NCBI GenBank assembly: GCA_038060895.1
Contig: JBBTCT010000014.1
Span: 1-64,000, forward strand
Direction: 5' to 3'
From: Planctomycetota bacterium
Lineage (GTDB): Bacteria > Planctomycetota > MHYJ01 > WSZJ01
DNA: 64,000 nucleotides
The translations under genes and the position numbers were made by a program. Below the pieces are notes generated by a model. That model was not told where the DNA came from and searched no databases. It saw only the letters and a list, made by a program, of their open reading frames with translations. Of this stretch, positions 54,551 to 64,000 are shown in pieces (the stretch's first letter is position 1; each line of letters begins with the position of its first letter).

Positions 54551-55690
54551 ATGCGCAGCGTCACCCTCGGGAAGAAACTCGACCGCGCGATCCGCGCCGG
54601 GGCGCCGTGGATCTATCGCGACGCCCTCGACCGGCCTCCGCGGCTGCGCGACGGGGAAGTCGTCACCGTCGAGACGGGCGCGGGCCGGCCGGTCGCAACG
54701 GGTTTCTGGGACACCCGGTCGGCCATCGCCGTGCGTGTTCTGGAAGCGGGGCCCGTGGAGGATCCGCCGGCGCTGGTTGAGACCCGCCTCCGGGAAGCCC
54801 TTGCCCGGCGTCTCACGGCGCTCGACCGCACTCGCACGAACGCCTTCCGCTGGGTCCACGGCGAGGCCGACCGCCTCCCCGGGCTCCACGCCGACCTCTA
54901 TGACGACGTTGCCGTCCTGCGCTTCGACGGCGGCGGCGCGCGCGAATTCTACGCACACGTCGCGAAGCAGCTGGCGGGCGCCACGACGCTGCGCGGCGCC
55001 ATCGACCGCGACGGCACCGTGCTCGCCGGTCGCGTCCCGGAGACCTTGACGGTTCGCGAAAACGGACTGCTCTTCGAAGTCTCGCCCGGACGCGCTTCCA
55101 AGGGCGGCCTCTTTCTCGACCAGCGCGAGAATCGCGAACGCGTCGAAATGCTCTCCAGCGGCTCTTCCGTGCTCAACCTGTTCGGTTACACCGGCGGCTT
55201 CTCACTCTACGCCGCCCGCGGCGGCGCCGCCTCGACCGACACCGTCGATGTCTCCCGCCCCGCCCTCGCCGCCGCGCGTCGCAACTTCGCGCTGAACGCT
55301 CTTCCCCTCGCCCTTGCGCGATTTCACGAAGCGGACGTTTTCGATTTCCTGGAAGCGGGTTCAGGCCGCCGCAGGTTCTGGGACCTCGTGATCAGCGACC
55401 CACCGAGTTTCGCGCCGAGCCGCGTTTCGCTGCCGGCGGCGCGCCGGGCCTACTTCCGGCTTCACCAGCTCGCCGTCGCGGTCACGAGTCCCGGCGGTTT
55501 GCTGTGCGCCGCTTCCTGCTCCAGCCATTTCTCTCGCGAGGAACATCTGGAAAATGTGCGTGAAGCGGCGCGGTCGCGCGGTCGCCGCTTCGAAGTTCTC
55601 GAGGTTCACGGAGCCGGATGCGACCACCCCGTGATCCCGGCGTTTCCCGAAGGGGACTACCTGAAGTTTGCGATCGGCCGCGTGCGGTAG
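54551..55690 (+). CDS. rlmI: RlmI-like rRNA m5C methyltransferase (PUA + SAM domain)
   Basis: PWIY, HGEADRLPG, GLFLDQRENR, LNLFGYTGGF, DPPSFA, SCS, DHP...FPEGDYLK. Confidence 0.88.
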   Translation: MRSVTLGKKLDRAIRAGAPWIYRDALDRPPRLRDGEVVTVETGAGRPVATGFWDTRSAIAVRVLEAGPVEDPPALVETRLREALARRLTALDRTRTNAFRWVHGEADRLPGLHADLYDDVAVLRFDGGGAREFYAHVAKQLAGATTLRGAIDRDGTVLAGRVPETLTVRENGLLFEVSPGRASKGGLFLDQRENRERVEMLSSGSSVLNLFGYTGGFSLYAARGGAASTDTVDVSRPALAAARRNFALNALPLALARFHEADVFDFLEAGSGRRRFWDLVISDPPSFAPSRVSLPAARRAYFRLHQLAVAVTSPGGLLCAASCSSHFSREEHLENVREAARSRGRRFEVLEVHGAGCDHPVIPAFPEGDYLKFAIGRVR

Positions 55691-55780
55691 CGTTGCCCAA
55701 CGCGCCCCTGGTCGGCCTGGTTCGGGTTCCTGACGGCGCCGCGAACCCATAGACGAATCCCTGCGGGAAACATGAAAGCC

Positions 55781-55811
55781 CGGGGCGTGGGCCAACACAG
55801 CTCACGCCCCG
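55781..55811. terminator. GC-rich hairpin between convergent genes
   Basis: CGGGGCGTGGGC-caacaca-GCTCACGCCCCG. Confidence 0.55.
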
Positions 55812-55817
55812 AGCCGG

Positions 55818-56930
55818 TTACCTCGAGAGCGCCCCCCTCACGAGCGCCCTGAGGACTTCACTCTTCTTTACTACCTGTGCGAGCGGGGCTGCCGCGTTCT
55901 CGTATGTTCCGATGACGTTCGCTCCTGAAGCCGTCCCGCGCAGCGACCGGTCGCGCCTCGCCCGAAGGACGTCAACACGCGACGAATTCTCGGACCCGTA
56001 CGCCGCCGTTGCCACAATGCAGTACTTGTCTTTGTACCGGCGGTACTTCCCCTTCAGCCCTCCTCCATAGTCATCATCGTCGTCGTCCGACGAGCTGCTG
56101 CCGCTGCCGTTGGCCGCGGGAGGAGGCGTGGCGCCGGGTTCTTCATTCCACACGCCTGGATCCTGAGGCGGCGGAGGGGGAGGAAGTGGAGGCAGAGGAG
56201 AAGCCGGCGGCATTGGCGGGAGTGGAGACGGTGGAGGCGGCGGAGGAGGCGGCGGTGGCGGCGGAGGAGGAGGAGGCGGCGGTGGAGGCGGCGATGACTC
56301 GTCGATCCCGTCCGCGACCGTCCCCGTTCCGTAGAGCGTCACGACTCCCCCGATGTCGTCCGGTTGGAGATCCGACACCGAGCCCACGACAGGATTCATG
56401 ATGGCCGTCGCCTTGGTCTCGTGGCCGAGACCAATGGCGTGCCCGAATTCATGAAGTGCGACTTTGCGCATGAGGACCGCGTCTCCCCACGTGAAATGCA
56501 CTCCGTTGAATTCGACATCCGCGTCCGACATGACTCCGGAGGAATAGTCGAAGGAACACACCCCGATCGCGCTGGAGCCGAATCCCCAGGACGATTCTTC
56601 CCAGCCTGCGATGTGGTTTCCGTCGCCGGTCGCGGCCGCGACAAGCGTCGTGCCGGTGTAGCGAAGATCCAGATTGCCGACCGTCGCGTCTTCCCACGCC
56701 TTAAGGCAGTCGATCAAGACAACCCACTCGCCCTCCTTGTCCGCCATCGCACCAGCCATGTCTGGCGTCCCCGCCGCGGCAAACATCCAGTCCACGTTCC
56801 CCCCCGACGAAGTGCCCAGCGCCCCACCGCCCCACTTTGGCGGCGGCGGACCATAGAACACGTACCCGCTCGATTTGGGCGGAAGCGCCAGCATGACGGC
56901 GAGTGCGCTGAAGGCCAGGAAGCGCTTCAT
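55818..56930 (-). CDS. Matrixin (M10) metalloprotease with poly-Pro linker and CFI-box-CTERM-like tail
   Basis: HEFGHAIGLGH, AIMNP Met-turn, DDI.G...LYG, long poly-P, CIVATAAYGS...LR..RD. Confidence 0.88.
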   Translation of the reverse strand: MKRFLAFSALAVMLALPPKSSGYVFYGPPPPKWGGGALGTSSGGNVDWMFAAAGTPDMAGAMADKEGEWVVLIDCLKAWEDATVGNLDLRYTGTTLVAAATGDGNHIAGWEESSWGFGSSAIGVCSFDYSSGVMSDADVEFNGVHFTWGDAVLMRKVALHEFGHAIGLGHETKATAIMNPVVGSVSDLQPDDIGGVVTLYGTGTVADGIDESSPPPPPPPPPPPPPPPPPPPPPSPLPPMPPASPLPPLPPPPPPQDPGVWNEEPGATPPPAANGSGSSSSDDDDDDYGGGLKGKYRRYKDKYCIVATAAYGSENSSRVDVLRARRDRSLRGTASGANVIGTYENAAAPLAQVVKKSEVLRALVRGALSR

Positions 56931-57505
56931 TTCTTCACCTCCGCCTGGAGGCGAGCCACAACATCCGCGAGGGGCTCTTCTTTCGAATTTGGAGCCTCTG
57001 CGCCAACCAGGTTCCCGTTCGCGTCGAGAGTCATGAACGCGGCGTGCTCAAAATCACGGCGCGCCTGGTCCGCCCCGCTTGAGTCGGTCCGGATGACCCA
57101 CCGGCCCTGGACGGCGCCGACGACTGCGGAGAATTTGGCGGTTGTGATCTCCCTGGTGAGGCAAAGGAGGAGGCGTTCATCTTTCTGGAAGAGCGGGACG
57201 CCCGGGGCGGTCATCGTGCGATTCCCGATGGTGCCGCCGAATGCGTGAAGAGTCAGGAGGGCGCCGGGCTGATCCGGTCCCTTGATCGACTGATCGACGC
57301 GGAAGGTCGCAACGGTATAGATCGACTGGACGCCGTCGCCGTCGGGATCAAGCCACTGGGCCTGTGCGGTCAGAACGGTGCCCGTTACAACGCGTTCGCT
57401 CTCCTGCACGATCCGCGCTTCGGAGATGACAAGCAACGTCAAGGACTGGGCAGAAATTGAGGCGGCCGCAACGAGCGCCGCGGTCCATAGGGCCTTTCGT
57501 CTCAT
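56927..57505 (-). CDS. Hypothetical secreted protein (partner of the matrixin)
   Basis: Signal peptide; VVTGTV...SIYT...GGTIG...PGVPLF...VVGAVQG; ATGA overlap with the matrixin. Confidence 0.75.
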   Translation of the reverse strand: MRRKALWTAALVAAASISAQSLTLLVISEARIVQESERVVTGTVLTAQAQWLDPDGDGVQSIYTVATFRVDQSIKGPDQPGALLTLHAFGGTIGNRTMTAPGVPLFQKDERLLLCLTREITTAKFSAVVGAVQGRWVIRTDSSGADQARRDFEHAAFMTLDANGNLVGAEAPNSKEEPLADVVARLQAEVKK

Positions 57506-57587
57506 CGTCGATCTCCTGTCGCTTTCGGGTTCCAGGGCTGGCGGCGGCGATGCGTCCGCTCTTTGACACGCGCGGGGCAGGACCGCT

Positions 57588-57603
57588 TGCAAAGCGTCTG
57601 CCA
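57588..57603 (-). promoter_or_regulatory. Putative sigma54 promoter
   Basis: TGGCAGACGCTTTGCA on the minus strand (GG-N10-GC), with an AT-rich upstream region. Confidence 0.65.
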
Positions 57604-57740
57604 ACATAAAGTGTGTAAAGTGGATGAAATCGGGGTTTTGGCCGTGCATGACTGCACGAATCATGAGTAAAGAGTACAACATGGTTTCATGTGTAAATCC
57701 TTCTGAACACCCGTTCAAATTCATCACCAGTGCGCGCCGG

Positions 57741-58976
57741 CTACCACCACCTCCGCGCGTCGTACTTCCCGGTCAAGAGTCGCTCCACCGCCTGACCCAG
57801 GATCTGCCGCCCCCAGCGAAACTTCGCGTACAGCCGCACGAACATCACGACTTCCCCGATCACCTGCATTCGCTCCGTCCATCCCAGCCGCCGAAGTGCC
57901 GCCCAGAAATCCGCTTCGTGCGGACGCCCGAACGCGATCTGAAGCGGGTTCCACTGGTCGCTGCAGTGGCGGACTTCACTTTCGATGAAGCGGCGATAGA
58001 CGCGCTGCGAGGGCTCGCCGTGAAACGCCGCTTCTGCGATCGCCTCGCCGCAGATGGCGCCTGAATGCAGCGCCGCCGACATTCCTTCCGCCATCATGTT
58101 CAGGAACCCCGCCGCCTGCCCGGTGATCAGCACGCGGCCCTTTCCAAACACGTACCGGTTGATGAGCGACAGACCGAAATTCTCGCCGCACGCCTCGGAG
58201 TCCTGCGCCGGCCCGAGCTCGACCCCGTGGCGCCGCCCGATGTACTTCACGACGTTGGCGTGCGCCTTGTCGAAGTTGTGCCCCGCGTCGAAGCCGACGC
58301 CCACGATCTGCCGCCCGTCCCGCGCGTGGCTCCAGGTGTAGTGGCCGAGTCCCGGGTGAAACCAGAAGTGGAAGTACTGCCGGTCCAGCGGGCACTTCAC
58401 GATGTCGTGGAATTTCTGCCCGACGAGAAACCACGGGATCGCGTTCTGGTAGTTCGGGTAGACAGCCTTCACCACGAGCGACGTCGGCCCGTCCGCTCCC
58501 ACGACCCACCTCGCCCGGATCGTCTCAGGCCGCCCGCGCCGGATCACGCGCACGTCCACATGCTGCGCAGCCGACTCCAGCTCAGTGAACGCCGTCTCGT
58601 CCTCCACCACCGCACCGCTTCGCTGGATCGCCCAGTAGTCCGAATTCTTGCGGTACAGGTGCGGCGTCGGCCCTCCGAAGAAGTCAATATCGATGGAGGG
58701 CGCCTTGGGAAAGTGAAACGTGACCCCGCGGCACGAGGTTGGCTCGTGAAGGATCTCGCGAGGAAGAGGCCCGAAATTCTCGAGCAGGAACCGGTGGCCG
58801 CGCGGAGACAGGATTCCGCTGCAGATCTTGTGGCGCGGGAGTTTCTTGCGCTCGATGACGAGCGTCTGGAGCCCTGCGTCCACGAGGCGTTTGGCGCACG
58901 CTGCGGCCGACAGCGAAGCGCCGACAATGAGGACGTCGACGGAGCGGGAGGGAGTGCCGATGGCGGGGGCGATCAT
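57741..58976 (-). CDS. Geranylgeranyl reductase-family FAD-dependent oxidoreductase
   Basis: DVLIVGAS, ERKKLPRHKICSG, VVGADG, GQAAGF...EGMS.ALHSG. Confidence 0.85.
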   Translation of the reverse strand: MIAPAIGTPSRSVDVLIVGASLSAAACAKRLVDAGLQTLVIERKKLPRHKICSGILSPRGHRFLLENFGPLPREILHEPTSCRGVTFHFPKAPSIDIDFFGGPTPHLYRKNSDYWAIQRSGAVVEDETAFTELESAAQHVDVRVIRRGRPETIRARWVVGADGPTSLVVKAVYPNYQNAIPWFLVGQKFHDIVKCPLDRQYFHFWFHPGLGHYTWSHARDGRQIVGVGFDAGHNFDKAHANVVKYIGRRHGVELGPAQDSEACGENFGLSLINRYVFGKGRVLITGQAAGFLNMMAEGMSAALHSGAICGEAIAEAAFHGEPSQRVYRRFIESEVRHCSDQWNPLQIAFGRPHEADFWAALRRLGWTERMQVIGEVVMFVRLYAKFRWGRQILGQAVERLLTGKYDARRWW

Positions 58977-59041
58977 GCGGGCGGCGCATCGTAGCGCGGC
59001 GCGGGCAGGGCGGTGAAGGGGCGCGACGGTAATATGACGGA

Positions 59042-60805
59042 ATGACCGGAGCCTCTCCCACCCTGCTGCTGTCCATCCTCCTGGACATCGTGACGCTAGC
59101 GGACGGACGGCGCTTCGAGGGAACCGTCCTGTCGGACGATGGATCCACGCTGGTGCTCCGTCGCCGCCACGACGAATTCCACATGGACCGGCGCAACGTC
59201 GCAAAAGTGGAGAAGGCGCCTCTCTCATGGGAGGAGTACGCCGCGAAGGCCGCGGCCCTCAAGCCGGACACCGCGGCGGGGGAGCATGCGGCTCTGGCGA
59301 AGTGGTGCCGGGAACGGAAACTGATCGACGAGGCGCGGGCGCAGTGGGAAGCCGTGCTGGCGAAGGCTCCGGAGAATGCTGAAGCTCGGGCGGCGTTGAA
59401 CTGGCGGAAGGTGGACGGTAAGTGGGTACGTGACCTGGCGCTGTGGGCAGCGGACTGGGTGAAGGCGGACGCTTCGCTCGGGTCGCCGCCCGTCGCGCCG
59501 CCGGATGAGCTGGAGCGGCGGAGCAAGCACCGTGCGGACGCCGGGGACTGGCTGCGCGCCTCGGGGGAGCAGCGGCAGGCGGAACTCCTCGCTCAATTGA
59601 CGCAGTGCGTCATGCAGGGTGACGCCGCCGCCCGCCACGAGGCCGCCGCCGCGCTCAAGGCCTCCGGCGTCCCGCTCGCCGCCCTCGAGGTCCTCGCGCA
59701 CCGTCTCGACTTCAGCGACCCCGCCGCCGCCCCCGACTCGATCGAGTTCGCGTGGAACGAAGCCGGCGACCGCGCTCCCTGCTTCCTCGCCCTCCCCGAC
59801 CGCAGGCGCTTCCCCGGCCCACGCCCCGTCCTCGTCTCCATGCACGTCACGTCCGGCCCGGCCCGCAACCGTCGCGACCGCTTCGCCGTCCTCGCGCGCG
59901 AGTCCGGCTGGATCATCGCGGCGCCGCACTCGGAACCGAATTTCGGGAAGGGGTGGGGTTCGACGGAAGCGGAGCGGCGCGTGACGCTTGCGGCGCTCGA
60001 CGCGGTGCTGCGGCGCTGCCCAGCGGATCCGGACCGCGCGTTCATCAACGGCTCGTCAATGGGAGGAAACGGAGCGTGGGAAATCGCCATGCTCCATCCC
60101 GACCGCTGGGCCGGCGCCGCCCCGTGGATCAGCGGCGCGCGCGTCCGCACCATGCCGTTCCTCGCGAATCTCAGAGGCCTCCCCCTGCAGGCCCGCGTCG
60201 GCGCTCTCGAGGACGGACTCATGCTCGAGGCGACGCGGGAAGCGGCCGCATTTCTGCGCGAGGGCCTCGGTTCGCCGGCGGCGCTCGAGGAGGAGCCGGA
60301 CTGGGGGCACATGGACAAGGACGAAACGTGGATCGCGGCGTTCGCGGAGTGGGCCGCGCCGATCCGCCGCAACGTCTACTCCCCCGCGATCGTCCAGCGC
60401 TTCGTCACGGTCGCGCAGTCGCGCCACCATTGGCTCGCGGCCGAAACCCTGCGCGGCCCCGCCCCGGTCGATCCGACCCGCGGCGACATCCCCGTCAGTG
60501 CGACCGGCACCGAAGCCGAACGCCGCCGCGAATACGTCAAGAAGGGCCGGGACGGCACGGCCCTGCTCACGGGGCGCGTCGCGGGACAGAAAATTTCCAT
60601 CGAAGCGAGAAAGGTCGGCCGGCTCACGGTGTGGTTCTCGGACAACCTGGTGGACCTCGACCGCGACGTCATCGTCGAGATCAACGGGAAGCGTGCTTTT
60701 TCCGGAAAGATCGAGCGCCGCTTCGAGGATTTCATCGATGAAATCGCCGCGAGCGGAGACGCGGGTCGGATCTACGTCGCGCGGAAGAGTTTCGAAGTGA
60801 AATAA
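59042..60805 (+). CDS. Alpha/beta hydrolase-fold protein (esterase/peptidase) with N-terminal helical domain
   Basis: DPDRAFINGSSMGG, GH, C-terminal LVDLDRDV.VEING. Confidence 0.8.
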   Translation: MTGASPTLLLSILLDIVTLADGRRFEGTVLSDDGSTLVLRRRHDEFHMDRRNVAKVEKAPLSWEEYAAKAAALKPDTAAGEHAALAKWCRERKLIDEARAQWEAVLAKAPENAEARAALNWRKVDGKWVRDLALWAADWVKADASLGSPPVAPPDELERRSKHRADAGDWLRASGEQRQAELLAQLTQCVMQGDAAARHEAAAALKASGVPLAALEVLAHRLDFSDPAAAPDSIEFAWNEAGDRAPCFLALPDRRRFPGPRPVLVSMHVTSGPARNRRDRFAVLARESGWIIAAPHSEPNFGKGWGSTEAERRVTLAALDAVLRRCPADPDRAFINGSSMGGNGAWEIAMLHPDRWAGAAPWISGARVRTMPFLANLRGLPLQARVGALEDGLMLEATREAAAFLREGLGSPAALEEEPDWGHMDKDETWIAAFAEWAAPIRRNVYSPAIVQRFVTVAQSRHHWLAAETLRGPAPVDPTRGDIPVSATGTEAERRREYVKKGRDGTALLTGRVAGQKISIEARKVGRLTVWFSDNLVDLDRDVIVEINGKRAFSGKIERRFEDFIDEIAASGDAGRIYVARKSFEVK

Positions 60806-60807
60806 CT

Positions 60808-61806
60808 TCAGCTCCGGGAGGCCAGCGCCGCGACGTGCACGACTTCCACGTCCCGCTCCCGCCGGATGGCTTCGCCGTCCTCGAGGTTTTCGACCACCAC
60901 GCGTTTGGGGTGGCGTCCCTCGAGGATCCACTTCACCTGCTCGGCAATCCGCACCGGGCCGCTTCCGAAGCGGGCGTTCAGGGCGGTGGCCGAGGTGGGA
61001 ACCGCGAGGCGCTGGAGGTCGAGATTCATCTCGCAGCCGGTTTCGTGACGCAGCGCGTCATAGACCAGGACGAGGCGTTCGCGGTCGGCGTGATAGGCGC
61101 GCGCTTCGAGGACGTAGAGGTCCGTCGGGCGCAGCGCCCGGCGGATTTCCGTGAGTGCGATGCACGCCTCGCCGAGCGGACGGACTGGCGTGCCGGGGAG
61201 CCACTTCTTGATGAAAGCGTTCATGAATCCCTCGGTCGTGACGACACGCATAGCGCCGCGGAGCCCGGCTAGAAACTGTTCCAGTCGCTCCGGCGACGGG
61301 GAGAGCCCCGCTTCCAGCGCCGTCGCGATGTCGCGCCCCGGGTCGGCGGCGACCACGACGTGGGAGGGGCCGCCGAGGCGCAGGATGGCGGAGGCGAGGA
61401 GGGCGGGGTCGGCGAGGAGGCGCTCTTCGGCGAGGAGGACGGTCTTCAGGTGAGTCGAGGGGCGCGATGCGGGGCGGGGCGGCGCCAGGAACCCCGAGGC
61501 GAGTGGGACGAGAGGCGAGGTCCCCGCGGCGGCGAGTTCCGCGCGGAGCGACAGCGTCAACGAGACGAGGTCGATCCGCTCGGGGCACGCAGGGACGCAC
61601 GAGCCGCACATCGTGCAGGCGGCGATCGATTCGACCAGGTCGGCCGCGCGCGCGCCTCCCTGAAGCGCGGTGGCCCGGCCCTTGGGAGTGAGTCGCAGGT
61701 CGTGCGTCTGCTGCCAGACGGGGCACGCGAGCGCGCAGATGTCGCAGCCGCTGCAGGCGGCGAACGTCGCGGGCGCAGGGATTTTTTGGAAGTGAGCGAA
61801 GGACAT
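60808..61806 (-). CDS. 4Fe-4S dicluster protein (GlcF-like)
   Basis: CSGCDICALACP and CTMCGSCVPACP; TPKGR. Confidence 0.85.
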   Translation of the reverse strand: MSFAHFQKIPAPATFAACSGCDICALACPVWQQTHDLRLTPKGRATALQGGARAADLVESIAACTMCGSCVPACPERIDLVSLTLSLRAELAAAGTSPLVPLASGFLAPPRPASRPSTHLKTVLLAEERLLADPALLASAILRLGGPSHVVVAADPGRDIATALEAGLSPSPERLEQFLAGLRGAMRVVTTEGFMNAFIKKWLPGTPVRPLGEACIALTEIRRALRPTDLYVLEARAYHADRERLVLVYDALRHETGCEMNLDLQRLAVPTSATALNARFGSGPVRIAEQVKWILEGRHPKRVVVENLEDGEAIRRERDVEVVHVAALASRS

Positions 61807-61848
61807 CAAGTGGGGCCTTCCGTCAGGGTGTAGCGGTTGGGAAGAGGG

Positions 61849-61919
61849 GGTAGTTGGTAGGAGGTAGTGGGTAGGAGGTAGACAAGGCCCTTTCTACCTC
61901 CTACCCCCTACCTACTGCC
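61849..61919. repeat. Inverted heptamer arrays (GGTAGNN / CTACCNN)
   Basis: ggtagtt ggtagga ggtagtg ggtagga ggtagac ... ctacctc ctacccc ctaccta ctgcc. Confidence 0.8.
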
Positions 61920-61958
61920 GTTGGCCTGCGAGCCGCAGGACTTAAACCAGTCGCTTCC

Positions 61959-63578
61959 TTAGAACACGACGTCCGGGTTCAACACCATCCCCGGGTCCGC
62001 CGCCCGTTTCATCGCCAGGTGCCGGTCCACGACTTCGTCGCCGAACATCCGCCGGATGTACCCCTTCATCGCGCCGCCAAACCGGTAGTAACTCCCGCCG
62101 AACTTCAGCCCGACGTCGTAGATCGCGTTCTTGAAGCTCTGCAGGTAGTCGCGGCTGAATTCGCCCGCCTTGAACATCGGCTCGAATTCGCAGCCGTACC
62201 CCCAGCCTTCCGCGTCGGGGGGCATGCACGAGAGCTCGTAGCGCTCGCGCTTGCCGAAGACGCGGATCGCGACGCAGTACAGGGTGTACGCCGTGAAGTA
62301 CTTGCGCATGACCTTGTTCCCTTCGAGCACCGCGTCCGCGAACTTCTCCGCGCTGGTCGCGAGGTCGGGGATGACCATCGTGCGGTTTCCCCAGTGGCGC
62401 CAGACGGCGCGCGAAAAAACGACGGTGCGGTCGAGCATCCTGCCGTCGCGCAGGTGCTCGGGGCGCTCGAATTCGGGGAGGAGAAGTTTCTTGCGCCGGT
62501 ACAGCCAGAGCGCTTCAGGGAGCTGCCAGGGGCGAAGCGCGTAATGCATCGCGGTGCGAAGCGCGAACTGCGTCTCGGTGAGGCCGCGCAATTTCGGGCG
62601 GACGTTCGCGAAGAAGGCGCGCTCGCGGTCGTCGTCGTCGAATGCAAAGAGAAGGTTGTTGGCGCGGTCCTTCATCGTGAGGATGCCGCTGTAGTCGGTC
62701 GCGTCGCTGCGGACGACGAGCTGCAGGTCGTCGATGGCGCGGCGGAGGTCGTCGTAAAAGAGGTAGTGCATGCGGCACGGCGTGTACGCCCGGATGCGCA
62801 TCGTGGCCTCGGTGACGACGCCGAACTGGCCGTAGCCGAGGAGGACGCGCTCGAAGAGCTGCGGGTTTTCCGTCTCGGAGCACTCGACGATGTCGCCGGT
62901 CGGGGTCACGACTTCCATCGCGACGCACTGGTCCGCGCTGCACCCCCACTTGCACGCGTTGACGTCGATGCCGCCGACGGCGATGGTGCCGCCGACGCTC
63001 GAAGTAAAATTGAGCGGTGCACTGACGTAGTCAAGTCCCTGGCGGCGGAGGACTTCGGCCATCGAGTGCCAGAAAATCCCGGCCTCGACGCGCGCCAGCA
63101 TCCGGTCGCGGTCGACGTGCTTCACTTTGCTCATTCCCGTCATATCGAGCGCCAGCCCGCCGAAGGCGACCGTCTCGCCCTCGGTCGTGAGACCTCCTCC
63201 GCGCGTGGTGACGGGAACGCGGAAGCGCTGGGCGGCTTTCATGACGGCGGCGACGTGAACCGCCGATCGCCCGGTGACGACGCCGTGCGGCGCCCCGAGC
63301 GCCAGTCCGCCCGCGTCCGTCACGAAGGCCGCCTTCGTTCCCCGGTCCTCGCGCACTTCGACTCCCGCGGAGCGCAACTCCGCCGTGAACGCGCCCCAGT
63401 TCTCCCCGGACCAGCGCGAAGGATTCGTCTGCTGGCGCGGAATGCCGAAGAGCGCTTCGGCCCCGACCGGGTCAGGCGGGATCACGCCGCGGGCGGGCGG
63501 TTCGACGGCGAACGCTCCGCCACCGTCGCGGTGGGCGGTGGCGCCGGAAGAGCGGGCCTTGGAGGGGTCGAAGAGCAT
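61959..63578 (-). CDS. FAD-binding oxidoreductase (VAO/GlcD family)
   Basis: TRGGG, VEAG, SVGG, EVVTPTG, GQFGVVTEAT, KRAADP..VLNP. Confidence 0.88.
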   Translation of the reverse strand: MLFDPSKARSSGATAHRDGGGAFAVEPPARGVIPPDPVGAEALFGIPRQQTNPSRWSGENWGAFTAELRSAGVEVREDRGTKAAFVTDAGGLALGAPHGVVTGRSAVHVAAVMKAAQRFRVPVTTRGGGLTTEGETVAFGGLALDMTGMSKVKHVDRDRMLARVEAGIFWHSMAEVLRRQGLDYVSAPLNFTSSVGGTIAVGGIDVNACKWGCSADQCVAMEVVTPTGDIVECSETENPQLFERVLLGYGQFGVVTEATMRIRAYTPCRMHYLFYDDLRRAIDDLQLVVRSDATDYSGILTMKDRANNLLFAFDDDDRERAFFANVRPKLRGLTETQFALRTAMHYALRPWQLPEALWLYRRKKLLLPEFERPEHLRDGRMLDRTVVFSRAVWRHWGNRTMVIPDLATSAEKFADAVLEGNKVMRKYFTAYTLYCVAIRVFGKRERYELSCMPPDAEGWGYGCEFEPMFKAGEFSRDYLQSFKNAIYDVGLKFGGSYYRFGGAMKGYIRRMFGDEVVDRHLAMKRAADPGMVLNPDVVF

Positions 63579-63639
63579 TCGAGCCCGGCATTACAGCAGG
63601 GAAGCGAGAGCGGGGGCAAGGGCGGGGGCGGATACAGAC

Positions 63640-64000
63640 CTACGCCGCACTCCCCATCTCCCTCGGTCTCACCGCGACCGTCACCCGGCGTTCTTCCCGC
63701 AGCAGCTCCACCGTCGTCTCCGCGCCGATGGCGTCATGCCCGAGGAAGCGATGCAGGTCGGGGACCGACTGCACCGCCTTCCCGCCCGCGCCGACGAGGA
63801 TGTCGCCGGGACGGATGCCGGCGGTGGCCGCGGGCGAGCCTGGCGCAACTTCGCGGATGGCGACGCCGCGGGTCGCAGCGACGCCTGCGGCCCTCGCGAG
63901 CCGCGCGGGCACGAGGATCTCCTGCGCGGAAATGCCAAGCCAGGCGCGGCGGACGCGCCCGTGCGCGAGAATCTCCGACAGCACGAACGTCGCCGTGTTC
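63640..64000 (-). CDS. C-terminal PDZ domain of an HtrA/DegP-like serine protease (5' partial)
   Basis: GRVRRAWLGI, PGSPAATAGIRPGDIL; frame open to the window edge. Confidence 0.85.
   Translation of the reverse strand, partial: NTATFVLSEILAHGRVRRAWLGISAQEILVPARLARAAGVAATRGVAIREVAPGSPAATAGIRPGDILVGAGGKAVQSVPDLHRFLGHDAIGAETTVELLREERRVTVAVRPREMGSAA

Overview
A GC-rich bacterial chromosomal segment. The gene content (MoxR-DUF58-BatA-VWA cluster, prenyltransferase-repeat protein, membrane-anchored ECF sigma factors with long extracytoplasmic extensions, many orphan secreted proteins) suggests a Planctomycetota-like organism; this is an inference. There are about 50 CDSs, and I saw no rRNA, tRNA, CRISPR array or transposase. 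Housekeeping and metabolic genes include holA, a cyclophilin, a short LeuA-like enzyme, an ABC/HlyD/TolC efflux operon with its TetR regulator, hom-thrB-thrC-like behind a clear SAM-I riboswitch, and an RlmI-like methyltransferase. The main signal the ORF track misses is two genes split by in-frame TGA codons, each at a redox-type Cys motif and followed by a SECIS-like hairpin. One is a secreted FG-GAP/VCBS repeat protein with a U-C dipeptide (40990-42285). The other is a CMD/AhpD-like protein with CPFU (44552-45106). Both are interleaved with three paralogous transmembrane ECF sigma factors. Other notable items: a SAM-controlled hom-thrB-thrC-like operon that may make homocysteine rather than threonine, a ClpP homologue lacking its catalytic triad, two sigma54-type promoters for orphan secreted proteins, a TA-like gene pair, and several families of short tandem and inverted intergenic repeats, some inside coding sequence. 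All calls are from motif reading by eye; no searches were run.
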